DNA of 64,000 nucleotides from an uncultured bacterium (GTDB lineage: Bacteria; Krumholzibacteriota; Krumholzibacteriia; LZORAL124-64-63), in assembly GCA_963732385.1 (NCBI GenBank), contig CAVSZB010000007.1:1248001-1312000 (forward strand), given 5' to 3'. The notes beneath the pieces were generated by a model, which did not search any database, was not told where the DNA came from, and saw nothing but the letters and a program-made list of their open reading frames with translations. This document shows positions 52,976 through 62,234 of the stretch, piece after piece (positions within the stretch are counted from its first letter, which is position 1; every line of letters begins with the position of its first letter). A program made the position numbers and the translations under genes.

Positions 52976-54402
52976 GACCGTCCCCTTTCCCGGCGCGGCG
53001 GCGCCGGATCAGCCTCGGGCTGCAGCCCATGTTCGCGGATCTTGCGCCATAGCGTCGAGCGGTCGATGCCGAGCTGGCGCGCGGCGCGCGTGCGGTTCCA
53101 GCCGGTGCGCGCCAGCGCGGCGGCGAGAAGATCGCGCTCGGCCGGGCTGTGCGCCGGCGCGCCGGTCAGCCCGCGTCCCGGTCCGTTGGCGCCGGCCGCC
53201 ACCTCGGGCGGCAGGTGCTCCACCCGGATGACCCGGCCGCGGGACAAGACGTGCGCGTGCTCCAGGGAGTTCTCCAGTTCGCGTACGTTGCCGGGCCAGG
53301 GGTGATCGAGCAGCAGGCGCAGCGCCTCCGGAGCCATCTCGGCGGACGTGGCCTGTTCCCCGCGCAGACGGCGCAGGAAGTGGTCGACGAGCAGCGGGAT
53401 GTCCTCGCGCCGTTCGCGCAGCGGCGGCAAAGTCAGGCTGACCACCTTGATGCGATAGTAGAAATCCTCGCGCACGCGGCCGGCCGCCACCAGCGCCTCG
53501 AGGTCGCGGTGGGTGGCCGACACGAGGCGCACGTTCACGGGCACCGGACGGTTGTCCCCCACGCGCTCGACCACGCGCTCCTGCAGCACGCGCAGGAGCT
53601 TCACCTGCACCGCCGGGCTGACGTCACCGATCTCGTCGAGGAAGATCGTGCCGCCTTGCGCCTCTTCGAAGCGTCCGCGCCGGTCGGCGACGGCGCCGGT
53701 GAACGACCCGCGCACGTGCCCGAACAGTTCGCTCTCGAGCAGCCCCTCCGACAACGCCGAACAGTTGACCTTCACGAACGGGCCCTGGGCACGACCGCTG
53801 GCGTAGTGCAGTGCGCGCGCCACGAGCTCCTTGCCGGTGCCGGTTTCGCCACGGATCAGCACCGACACCTCGCTCGGCGCGACATCTCCGATCAGCCGGA
53901 ACAGCTCCTGCAGGCGCCGGCTCTTGCCGACGATGCCGCCGAGACGATAGCGAGCGCTGACCGCCTTGCGCAGCCCGGTCTCCTCGGTGACGTCGCGCAG
54001 GATCATGGCCACACCGGTGGCGGGCGCCGGCGGCGCGCTGCCGCTCCAGAGCGGCACGGTGCGGATCACCACCTGCCCCGTGGCGCCGTCCGGCAGCCGC
54101 ACTCCGGTCTGGTAGTCGTGGATCGGACGGCCGGTGCGCAACGTCTCCTCCAGGCAGTCACGCGGGCAGTCCCCCTCGGGAAAGAGCCGGCAGACACCAC
54201 CGTCGCCGGCGCCTGCGGGTACGGGGCCGAACTGCGCAACGGCCGCCGCGTTGAGCGACACCAGATGCAGCGCGTGATCCACCACGACCACGCTCTCCTG
54301 CAGGGCGTCGAAGATGGCCTGGACGCTTTCCGGCTGGAAATGGCACAACGACAGGGTCGGGAAGTTCGCCGGCGTGTCGTGAGGCGGGCTGGGATCGGCC
54401 AC
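52972..54402 (-). CDS. Sigma54-dependent activator with PAS domain (no receiver)
   Basis: PAS containing [56 protein letters not shown]. Confidence 0.9.
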   Translation of the reverse strand: MADPSPPHDTPANFPTLSLCHFQPESVQAIFDALQESVVVVDHALHLVSLNAAAVAQFGPVPAGAGDGGVCRLFPEGDCPRDCLEETLRTGRPIHDYQTGVRLPDGATGQVVIRTVPLWSGSAPPAPATGVAMILRDVTEETGLRKAVSARYRLGGIVGKSRRLQELFRLIGDVAPSEVSVLIRGETGTGKELVARALHYASGRAQGPFVKVNCSALSEGLLESELFGHVRGSFTGAVADRRGRFEEAQGGTIFLDEIGDVSPAVQVKLLRVLQERVVERVGDNRPVPVNVRLVSATHRDLEALVAAGRVREDFYYRIKVVSLTLPPLRERREDIPLLVDHFLRRLRGEQATSAEMAPEALRLLLDHPWPGNVRELENSLEHAHVLSRGRVIRVEHLPPEVAAGANGPGRGLTGAPAHSPAERDLLAAALARTGWNRTRAARQLGIDRSTLWRKIREHGLQPEADPAPPRRERGRS

Positions 54403-54460
54403 GGGATCCTCCTGCGCCGACCGCGGGCGACAGCGCGATCCTAATGATAGCAAGACGGAA

Positions 54461-54506
54461 CGTTGCACGCAACATAAATGGTGCAACACTGTTGAGGCAG
54501 GCAACG
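54461..54506. promoter_or_regulatory. Putative enhancer: repeated GTTGC/GCAAC half-sites
   Basis: GTTGCACGCAAC, TGCAACACTGTTG and GTTGAGGCAGGCAAC about 125-170 bp upstream of a -24/-12 motif. Confidence 0.5.
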
Positions 54507-54627
54507 CCGGAGAGCAGGCAGCAAGGGCGCCCCCGGCCGTTGAGAGCCATGTTTATTTCCCGCTATTTCGCATTATTAAAGCAAGTTACAAACTTCTTTT
54601 ATTCCATGGTCGCGTCCAGATCGGATC

Positions 54628-54643
54628 AGGCACGGCAACTGCT
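54628..54643 (+). promoter_or_regulatory. Putative sigma54 promoter of trxA
   Basis: AGGCACGGCAACTGCT matches GGCAC-N7-GC; AT-rich IHF-like tract upstream (54550-54605). Confidence 0.65.
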
Positions 54644-54721
54644 TTACTCTTATTTTGTGCCGAGACAGTGAGATTTGCAACGGAGCCCAGCGCCGCAACC
54701 ATCCCGACGGAGGAGTAGACG

Positions 54722-55045
54722 ATGTCCAACGCGAAACCGGTCGAGGGCGCGACTTTCGACGCCGAAGTGCTCAAGAGCAGCGTCCCGGTCCTGGTCGACT
54801 TCTGGGCCCCCTGGTGCGGCCCGTGCAAGATGTTGACGCCGATCATCGACGCCCTGGCGATCGAATACGTCGGACGGGTGAAGGTGGCCAAGGTCAACGT
54901 CGACGACAACCAGGAGCTGGCCGTCAAGTACGGCATCCGCGGCATCCCGACGGTGATGGTGTTCAAGGGTGGACAGCCCGTTTCGACACTGGTCGGGCTG
55001 CGCTCCAGGGATGACCTGACCAGGGTGCTGAACGACAACCTGTAG
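54722..55045 (+). CDS. trxA: Thioredoxin
   Basis: VDFWAPWCGPC, KYGIRGIPT; RBS GGAGGAG. Confidence 0.95.
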   Translation: MSNAKPVEGATFDAEVLKSSVPVLVDFWAPWCGPCKMLTPIIDALAIEYVGRVKVAKVNVDDNQELAVKYGIRGIPTVMVFKGGQPVSTLVGLRSRDDLTRVLNDNL

Positions 55046-55152
55046 CCGCACCACCCTGGCCAGGCTTACTCGGGGCCGCCGGTATCGCCCGCCGGCGGCC
55101 CTCCTCCTCTTGCCCGCCGCGCCGCGGGGACCGATAATGGAGCCGCGGGGCG

Positions 55153-56082
55153 ATGGGGTTCCGCCGCAGCCGAAACGAGGTCCCCCTCTTGGCCGGTCTG
55201 CTCCACGGCGTCAGGTCGCTCCTGCGGGGCGGCGACAAACCGAATCACATCGTCTTCCTGGTCCTCGATTCCTGCCGTTACGACGCCTACCAGGCGGCCC
55301 GGCATCCCAATCTGGACCGCATCGGGACCGCGCAGCGGCGCTACAGCTACGCCAGCTGGACCAGCCCGAGCCACTACACCTTCCTGATGGGCATGATCCC
55401 CCACCTGAGCCCGAAGGGGGTGTTCGCTTCGAACGTCTACCGGGACGAGTTCTCGCTCTGGTCGCAGCGACTCAACATTCCCGACGTCGAGTTCGGGAAG
55501 TTCGTGCCGCAACTGTCGCTGCCGTGCTTTCTGAAGGCCGCCGGCTACTGGTGCCAGGGCTGGGTGAGCCTCCCGGTGCTCAACCCGATGACCTCGATGT
55601 CGCAACACTTCGACCGCTACGAGCTGGCCCCTTCGCACAACGACCTGCGCGCCATCTTCGCGCAACTCGAGTTTCGCAAGGAACAGCCCTGCTTCTTCTT
55701 CATCAACACCGGCGAAACCCACTATCCGTACATCCTGCCGGGCGAGAGCGCGAGCGATCTGCCACACATCAGCGGCGTGCACGGCGTGTTCAAGAGCCTG
55801 GACGATTTCCTGAAGAACCCCTCCGAGTTCGTGCACGACCGCGTTCAGGACGAGTTCTTCACGCCGCAACAGTTCCGCGCCTTCTACGACAAGCAGGTGG
55901 CGAACGTGGAGTGGATCGACGGGGTGGTCGGGAAATTCCTGGACCGCTGCCCCGACAACACCCACTTCATGATCATGTCGGACCATGGCGAACTGTTCGG
56001 CGAGGACGGATACTTCGGCCACGGTCCCATCTTCCACGAGAAGGTGTTCGAGGTGTTCTACGTCGAGGGCAGACGGCCATGA
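55153..56082 (+). CDS. Alkaline phosphatase/sulfatase-superfamily metalloenzyme
   Basis: VLDSCRYD, ASWTSPSH, GETHYPY, MSDHGELFGEDGYFGHG. Confidence 0.8.
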   Translation: MGFRRSRNEVPLLAGLLHGVRSLLRGGDKPNHIVFLVLDSCRYDAYQAARHPNLDRIGTAQRRYSYASWTSPSHYTFLMGMIPHLSPKGVFASNVYRDEFSLWSQRLNIPDVEFGKFVPQLSLPCFLKAAGYWCQGWVSLPVLNPMTSMSQHFDRYELAPSHNDLRAIFAQLEFRKEQPCFFFINTGETHYPYILPGESASDLPHISGVHGVFKSLDDFLKNPSEFVHDRVQDEFFTPQQFRAFYDKQVANVEWIDGVVGKFLDRCPDNTHFMIMSDHGELFGEDGYFGHGPIFHEKVFEVFYVEGRRP

Positions 56083-56705
56083 AGGGGCGCGGCGGGTTCG
56101 CAGGACTGGCGCTGGCGCTCGGACTGGCGGCGGCTTTCGCGACGCCGGCGACGACGTCGGCCCGCGCCGCCGCCGACGTCGACCTCGGCGCCGAGTTCAG
56201 GGGCGCCGATGACACCAGGGTCTGGCTGGCCGTGCTCGCGCGCCACCACGATCGCGACCCGGCCGACACGGCGCGGCTGGTCGCCCGCGTGACCGATCCG
56301 GACGAGCTGGCAACGCTGCTGTTCGTGGCGGCGCGTGCGACCCGCCCGCCCGAGACCGTGCTCGCCCTGCGCACCCGCGGCCTGTCGTGGTGGGAGATCA
56401 GCGGTCGACTGGGGCTCCCGGTGGAAGTCTGGTTCCCGCCGGTGAGATTCGACCCCGGTCCCCCGTTCAACCGCCCCTACGCGGCCTGGCGCCGCCTGCG
56501 CGAGACCCACGAGCCGTTCCCCGGCCTCGACGACGGACAGGCTCGCGACCTGGTCGTGGTCCGGCTGCTGAGCGAGTACTTCGGCGCACCGGTCGAGACC
56601 GCCATGGCGTGGCGCGCCGGCGGGCGCGACGCGCGCGCCCTCGCGGCGACGGAGTACCGCCGCCGGCACGGGGCGGAGCGGAAGCCGCGGGCGGACGGGG
56701 GCTGA
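56079..56705 (+). CDS. Exported hypothetical protein
   Basis: ATGA overlap with upstream stop; signal peptide; RGLSWWEISGRLGL. Confidence 0.6.
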   Translation: MKGRGGFAGLALALGLAAAFATPATTSARAAADVDLGAEFRGADDTRVWLAVLARHHDRDPADTARLVARVTDPDELATLLFVAARATRPPETVLALRTRGLSWWEISGRLGLPVEVWFPPVRFDPGPPFNRPYAAWRRLRETHEPFPGLDDGQARDLVVVRLLSEYFGAPVETAMAWRAGGRDARALAATEYRRRHGAERKPRADGG

Positions 56706-56710
56706 GCGCT

Positions 56711-57940
56711 TTGCCCCACGACCCGCTCCGGCACAACCTGGCCGAGCGCGTGAAGGAACTCACCGCGCTGCACCGGACGGCGCGCCTGCTGCAGGACACC
56801 GCGCGCCCGCGCGCCGGGCTGATGCGGGAGATCGTGGAATCCCTGCCCGACGCCTGGCAGTTCCCCGAGATCGCCGGCGCCCGGATCCGCCTGCCCGACG
56901 GCGATTTCGCCACCGCCGGCTACCGCCACACCCCGTGGGTCCAGCGGGCCGAATTTTCCGTTCATGACGACGTTGCGAACGCCCCCCATGCCTGCAGTCT
57001 CGAAGTCTGCTACCGCGAACCGCGCCCGGCCGCCGACGAGGGCCCGTTCCTGCGCGAGGAGCGCGACCTCATCGATTCGCTGGCGGATCTCCTGCGCTTC
57101 CACGTGCAGCACCATCTCGACGACGAGGCGCTGCGGCGGGCGCGCGACGGACTCGAATGTCAGGTGCGCGAGCGGACAGGCGAACTGGAACGCGCAAATG
57201 CCGATCTGGAGGCCGAGATCGCCGAACACCGGCGCGCGCGTCAGGAGATCGAGCGGTACCAGCGCCAGTTGCGCCGGCTGGCCGCAGAGCTGTCCCTGGC
57301 CGAGGAACGCGAGCGGCGCGCCATCGCCACGGACCTCCACGATCATCTCGGCCAGGCTCTCGCGTTCGTGAAGCTGCGCCTGTCCGAGTTCGCGGGCAAT
57401 GCCATGTTCTGCGGCTTCGAGACCGACCTCGCGGAGATCCTGCGGCTCGTCGACCAGTCCATCCGCTTCACGCGCACGCTTACGGGCGAGCTCAGCCCGC
57501 CCGTGCTGTACGAGCTCGGCCTCGGTCCGGCGCTGGAGTGGCTGGGCGAGCGGTTCGCGGCGAAGCATGGCTGCCGGGTGACGGTCGATGCCGCCGGCAG
57601 CGGTGCGGCCACCGCCCAGGAGGCGCGGATCATGCTCTTCAAGGCGGCGCACGAACTGCTGACGAACTCCGCCAAGCACGCGCGCCCCGGCCGGATCCGC
57701 GTCAGTCTGCGCCGCGCCGGGACGGACCTGCGCCTCGAGGTGGAGGACGACGGCGACGGCTTCGATCCCGCCGTGCTCGCGGCAGCCGAAGCGACCGGAG
57801 AACCGGGCGGCTTCGGACTGTTCAGCATCCGCGAGCGGCTGCGCCATCTGGGCGGCCGCATGGATGTCCGCTCCGCGCCGGGCTCGGGGTGCACGGTCAC
57901 CCTGCAGTTGCCCGCGGCAGCGGCCGGGGAGTCGCGATGA
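56711..57940 (+). CDS. Cytoplasmic sensor histidine kinase (HisKA_3)
   Basis: ERRAIATDLHDHLGQ, LSPPVLYELGL, ELLTNSAKHA, DDGDGFD, GFGLFSIRER; no TM helix; start codon uncertain. Confidence 0.88.
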   Translation: MPHDPLRHNLAERVKELTALHRTARLLQDTARPRAGLMREIVESLPDAWQFPEIAGARIRLPDGDFATAGYRHTPWVQRAEFSVHDDVANAPHACSLEVCYREPRPAADEGPFLREERDLIDSLADLLRFHVQHHLDDEALRRARDGLECQVRERTGELERANADLEAEIAEHRRARQEIERYQRQLRRLAAELSLAEERERRAIATDLHDHLGQALAFVKLRLSEFAGNAMFCGFETDLAEILRLVDQSIRFTRTLTGELSPPVLYELGLGPALEWLGERFAAKHGCRVTVDAAGSGAATAQEARIMLFKAAHELLTNSAKHARPGRIRVSLRRAGTDLRLEVEDDGDGFDPAVLAAAEATGEPGGFGLFSIRERLRHLGGRMDVRSAPGSGCTVTLQLPAAAAGESR

Positions 57941-58587
57941 GACTGCGCATCCTGCTCGCCGACGATCACAAGATGTTCCGTGACGCCGTGCGCCCCCTGC
58001 TCGAGCGCACGCCGGGGCTGGCCATCGTCGGCGAGGCGGGCGACGGACTCGACGCCGTACGGCTGGCGGCCGAACTCCAGCCCGACGTCATCATCATGGA
58101 CATCTCCATGCCGGGCCTCAACGGGATCGAGGCGGCGAGACAGATCCTCGCGGCCGCTCCGCGAGTTCGGGTCATCATCCTCTCCATGCACGCCGACCGG
58201 CGCTTCGTGACCGAGACCCTCAAGGCGGGCGCCGCAGGCTACCTGCTCAAGGACGGCCCGATCTCCGAGCTGGTGGAGGCGATCCATGCGGTCGCCGCCG
58301 GGCGCACGTTCCTGAGCCGTCCGATCCAGGACGTCGTCGTGCAGGACTATGTCGGCCTCGCGCGGCGCGCCGACGGCTCCGCGTTCTCCGTGCTGAGCGC
58401 CCGCGAGCGCGAGGTGCTGCAACTGCTGGCGGAGGGCCGCAACACCAAGGAGATCGCCGACCGGCTGTCGATCAGCGTCAAGACTGTCGAGACCCATCGC
58501 AAGCAGACCATGGACAAGCTCGGGCTGCGCAGCATCGCCGAACTGACCAAGTACGCCATCCGCGAGGGGCTGACCCCGCTGGAATAG
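57937..58587 (+). CDS. NarL/LuxR-family response regulator
   Basis: LADDH, MDISMPGLNG, GYLLK, LSAREREVLQLLAEG, SVKTVETHR. Confidence 0.93.
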   Translation: MRLRILLADDHKMFRDAVRPLLERTPGLAIVGEAGDGLDAVRLAAELQPDVIIMDISMPGLNGIEAARQILAAAPRVRVIILSMHADRRFVTETLKAGAAGYLLKDGPISELVEAIHAVAAGRTFLSRPIQDVVVQDYVGLARRADGSAFSVLSAREREVLQLLAEGRNTKEIADRLSISVKTVETHRKQTMDKLGLRSIAELTKYAIREGLTPLE

Positions 58588-58645
58588 GCCGCCCGCCCAA
58601 TCGATCGCCGCCGCCCCTCTCCCCTCAGGATCCACACCCCTCGAT

Positions 58646-58662
58646 ATCAGGAATTCCCCGAT
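58646..58662. promoter_or_regulatory. Imperfect palindrome, candidate response-regulator site upstream of amtB
   Basis: ATCAGGAA-T-TCCCCGAT, 6/8 complementary, about 100 bp before the amtB start. Confidence 0.4.
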
Positions 58663-58761
58663 TGAGGCGCCCGTGCCGGGAGCCCACGCTTGCTTCAGCC
58701 GCGCGGCGCGATGCCGGGCGGCAGCGACCGCCGTGGAAACCCCGAGCTTGGGAGGAACGCG

Positions 58762-59982
58762 ATGCACGGCTTCGATTCCGGGCACACCGGCTTCATGCTG
58801 GTGGCCACCAGCCTCGTCATGCTGATGACGCCGGGGCTGGCCTTCTTCTACGGCGGTCTGGTCGGGCGCAAGAACGTCCTGGCCATCATGATTCAGAGTT
58901 TCGTGTCGATGGGCGTGACCACGATCCTCTGGTACGTGTGCGGCTACTCGCTCTGCTTCAGTGGCGGGCAGGGGGGAATCATCGGGAATTTAGACCTGGT
59001 CTTCCTGCGCGGGGTCGACCTGAACACCCCCTACGGCGACGGCCATATCCCGCTCTACGTGTTCATCGCCTACCAGATGATGTTCGCGATCATCACCCCG
59101 GCCCTGATCACCGGCGCGTTCGCGAACCGCATCCGCTTCGGGGCCTACCTGCTGTTCCTGGTGGCCTGGCTCTTCCTGGTCTACTTCCCGTTCGTGCACA
59201 TGATCTGGGGCGGCGGTCTGCTGGCGAAATGGGGCGTGCTCGATTTCGCGGGCGGCATCGCGGTGCACAACATCGCCGGCATGGCGGCCCTCGCCTCGGT
59301 GCTCTACGTCGGGCGCCGGCGCGTGGCCGACAGCGTGCCCCACAGCATCCCGCTGGTGGCCCTCGGCACCGGCCTGCTCTGGTTCGGCTGGTACGGGTTC
59401 AACGCCGGCAGCGAACTGAAGGTGGACGCGGTGACCGGTCTCGCCTTCCTCAACACCGACATCGCGGCGTCGTTCGCCGGCCCGACCTGGCTGTTGCTGG
59501 CCTGGATTTTCGAGCGCAAACCGAAGTTCCTCGGCCTGCTCACCGGCGCGGTGGCCGGCCTCGCCACCATCACGCCATGCGCCGGCTACGTCACACCGGT
59601 CAGCGCCATGATCATCGGCATCCTGGCGGGAGGCATCTGCTACTTCGCCGTCAACCTCAAGAACCGGCTCGGCTGGGACGACGCGCTCGATGTCTGGGGC
59701 GTGCACGGAGTGGGTGGCATGCTCGGCATCATCCTGCTCGGCGTGCTCGGCAGCACGGCCGTGAATTCCGCCGGCCAGAACGGACTGCTCCACGGGAACC
59801 CGGCGTTTTTCGGCAAGCAACTGGTGGCCATCCTGTTCTCCTCGGTCTACGCCTTCGCGTTCACCTACGGCATGCTGTTCCTGATCAACCGGGTCACTCC
59901 CGTGCGCACGAGCGAAGCCGACGAGGAGAAGGGGCTCGACGCGACCCTGCATGGCGAGGTGGCCTACGAAAGCGGCGTCTGA
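58762..59982 (+). CDS. amtB: Ammonium transporter (Amt family)
   Basis: LMTPGLAFFYGG, YQMMFAIITPAL, DFAGGIAVH, WFGWYGFNAGS, DDALDVWGVHG (twin His intact). Confidence 0.95.
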   Translation: MHGFDSGHTGFMLVATSLVMLMTPGLAFFYGGLVGRKNVLAIMIQSFVSMGVTTILWYVCGYSLCFSGGQGGIIGNLDLVFLRGVDLNTPYGDGHIPLYVFIAYQMMFAIITPALITGAFANRIRFGAYLLFLVAWLFLVYFPFVHMIWGGGLLAKWGVLDFAGGIAVHNIAGMAALASVLYVGRRRVADSVPHSIPLVALGTGLLWFGWYGFNAGSELKVDAVTGLAFLNTDIAASFAGPTWLLLAWIFERKPKFLGLLTGAVAGLATITPCAGYVTPVSAMIIGILAGGICYFAVNLKNRLGWDDALDVWGVHGVGGMLGIILLGVLGSTAVNSAGQNGLLHGNPAFFGKQLVAILFSSVYAFAFTYGMLFLINRVTPVRTSEADEEKGLDATLHGEVAYESGV

Positions 59983-60123
59983 GATCGGGAGCGGGTCAGG
60001 GATGGAGGGACCTGAGGCACGGCCGCCTTCTCGATGACCTGCCGGTTCCAGGCTCCGCCCCGCGCCGCCCGGCGCAACGCGGAGCCGCGCGGCGGCCCGG
60101 ACGACTCGCCCCGTCCGGGCCGC

Positions 60124-60618
60124 TTAGTCCCGCCAGGTGCCGATCCGCGCCACCTCGAGCCGGAACGGGCCCTCCTGGCGGTCGGCGATGAGCAGCCCGA
60201 GTCCGCAGACCGTGGCGGGGTCGAGCGGCGGGTAGTCGGTCATCTCCCAGCCGCGGTAGCGCGGGCGGAAGGCAGCGAAGGGGATGCGCACGACCGTGAG
60301 ACGATCGTCGGGCACCACCAGCGGCGCCTGAAAGGCGACGTCTTCGAAGCGGTCGCTGGTGCGCAGGCGCAGACTGTACCGCTTGCCGTCGCCCCGCGCC
60401 TCGACCGCCAGGCCGGCACAGCCCGCCAGCGCCAGCGGACCGGCGGGCGAGCGGACCGAGGCGAATCCGCCGTTGTTCGCCAGCGAGACCGTACCGGCGA
60501 AGAGGGCGCATCCCTCCCCCGGCTCCAGGCGACTCGTCGATATGCCCCCCATGACCCGATCGTCGATGCTTGCCCAGGCCGCCGCGCCGGCGGTGAAGTC
60601 GAACAGGACCAGATCCAC
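60124..60618 (-). CDS. CIA30-family (complex I intermediate-associated protein 30-like) protein
   Basis: WASIDDRVMGGIS, GTVSLANNGGFASVR, RGDGKRY, FRPRYRG, GPFRLEV. Confidence 0.88.
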   Translation of the reverse strand: MDLVLFDFTAGAAAWASIDDRVMGGISTSRLEPGEGCALFAGTVSLANNGGFASVRSPAGPLALAGCAGLAVEARGDGKRYSLRLRTSDRFEDVAFQAPLVVPDDRLTVVRIPFAAFRPRYRGWEMTDYPPLDPATVCGLGLLIADRQEGPFRLEVARIGTWRD

Positions 60619-60838
60619 GCGGTGCCTCCCCCGGCTGATGATGAGCCGCCAGGACCGGGGCGATTATAGCGGCTGGAGGCGAGGCACGGCACCATAAAGC
60701 ACCGCCCACGACCCGGCCCGGATGCCGCCCGATTTCCGTCTTTCATCCCCGGCAGCGCCCCTGTATCATCCCCGCCGCATGAGGACGGGCCGCCCGTCGG
60801 CAACGGCGATCCCGACGGCGGTCACGAGGAGAAACGTC

Positions 60839-62218
60839 ATGGACTTCCCGCTCTTCCATCTCGACGTCTTCGGCAACCGCCTGCTGTTCGCCTGGATCGC
60901 CATCACGCACGTGCTGATCAACCACGCTCTGGCAGTCGGCGCAATGCCGCTGGTGACCCTGCTCGAGTGGCGGGGGGTGCGCACCGGCGACGCGCGCTGG
61001 GACCGCCTGGCGCACCGTCTGCTGACGGTATTCTTCATTGTCACCACCACGGCGGGCGCGCTGACCGGCGTCGGGATCTGGTTCTGCGCGTCGCTGGTGA
61101 ATCCGACGGCGATCGGCAGCCTGATCCACGTCTTCTTCTGGGCCTGGTTCACGGAGTGGCTCGTCTTCGTGGGCGAGGTGGGGCTGATCCTGGCGTACTA
61201 CCTGAGCTGGCATGGGTGGGGAGCGCGGCACAAGCGGGCGCACGTCTGGCTCGGCCTGACTCTGAGCGCCTTCTCGTTTGCCACCATGGCGATCGTCGTG
61301 GCCATACTCGGATTCCAGATGGACACCGGGGTCTGGACCGTGCGGCCCGGTTTCTGGACGGCCCTGTTCAACCCGATCTACCTGCCGCAGCTCGCCTTCC
61401 GCACGCCGTTCGCCATGATCACCGCCGCGCTGGTGGCGCTCATGCTCGGGTTCTGGTTCTTGCGCGACGATCGCGATTTCCGGGCCCGGGCCGTCCGCCT
61501 GATCTCGCTGTGGGCTCTCGCCTGGACCCCCGGCTGGCTGCTGGGCGCGCTGGCCTACTGGCGCGTGCTGCCGAAGGCGGCGGGGAGCAACATCGACATC
61601 GCCCTGACCTCCCTGCGCTGGCAGCAGTGGACCGAGCGGATGCCCTGGCTGATCGCCGGAGCGACCGCCGCGATCATCGTGCTGGCGGCGTGGGGCGCCG
61701 GGAAACCGGCCAGGCTGCCGCGAGCGGCCCTGCTCGTGCCGGCCGTGCTGGCACTCTGGCTGCTCGGCTATTTCGAACGGGTGCGCGAATTCATCCGCAA
61801 GCCGGACGTGATCGCCGGCTATCTCTACGCGAACGGACTGCGCCACGCCGACTACCCCCTCCTGCGCGAGGAGGGGCTGCTGCGTCACGCAACGTACACC
61901 GCCGCGCGGGGGATCACCGACGATTCACGGCTCATCGCCGGACGCGAGATGTTCCGCCTCGCCTGCTCCCGCTGCCACACGACCAACGGCATGAACGGTG
62001 TGGTGGCCAAACTGACCAATCTCTACGGCCCCGGCCCCTGGGAACAGGCGACCATCGAGGCCTACCTGACCGGCATGCAGAACACGCGCCCCTTCATGCC
62101 GCCGCTGCCCGGCACGGGCGCGGAGCGATCGGCGCTGGCCGCCTGGCTGATCTCCCTGCGCGCCACCCCCGCGCGTCTCGACGGCGCGCAGACCGCGGGC
62201 GCAGCGACAATCCCCTGA
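60839..62218 (+). CDS. CydA (cytochrome bd subunit I)-like membrane protein with C-terminal c-type heme
   Basis: IAITHVLINH, GALTGVGIW, WFTEWLVFVGE, FERVREFIRKP, CSRCH..FMPP. Confidence 0.75.
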   Translation: MDFPLFHLDVFGNRLLFAWIAITHVLINHALAVGAMPLVTLLEWRGVRTGDARWDRLAHRLLTVFFIVTTTAGALTGVGIWFCASLVNPTAIGSLIHVFFWAWFTEWLVFVGEVGLILAYYLSWHGWGARHKRAHVWLGLTLSAFSFATMAIVVAILGFQMDTGVWTVRPGFWTALFNPIYLPQLAFRTPFAMITAALVALMLGFWFLRDDRDFRARAVRLISLWALAWTPGWLLGALAYWRVLPKAAGSNIDIALTSLRWQQWTERMPWLIAGATAAIIVLAAWGAGKPARLPRAALLVPAVLALWLLGYFERVREFIRKPDVIAGYLYANGLRHADYPLLREEGLLRHATYTAARGITDDSRLIAGREMFRLACSRCHTTNGMNGVVAKLTNLYGPGPWEQATIEAYLTGMQNTRPFMPPLPGTGAERSALAAWLISLRATPARLDGAQTAGAATIP

Positions 62219-62234
62219 CTTCACGGGAGCTCCG

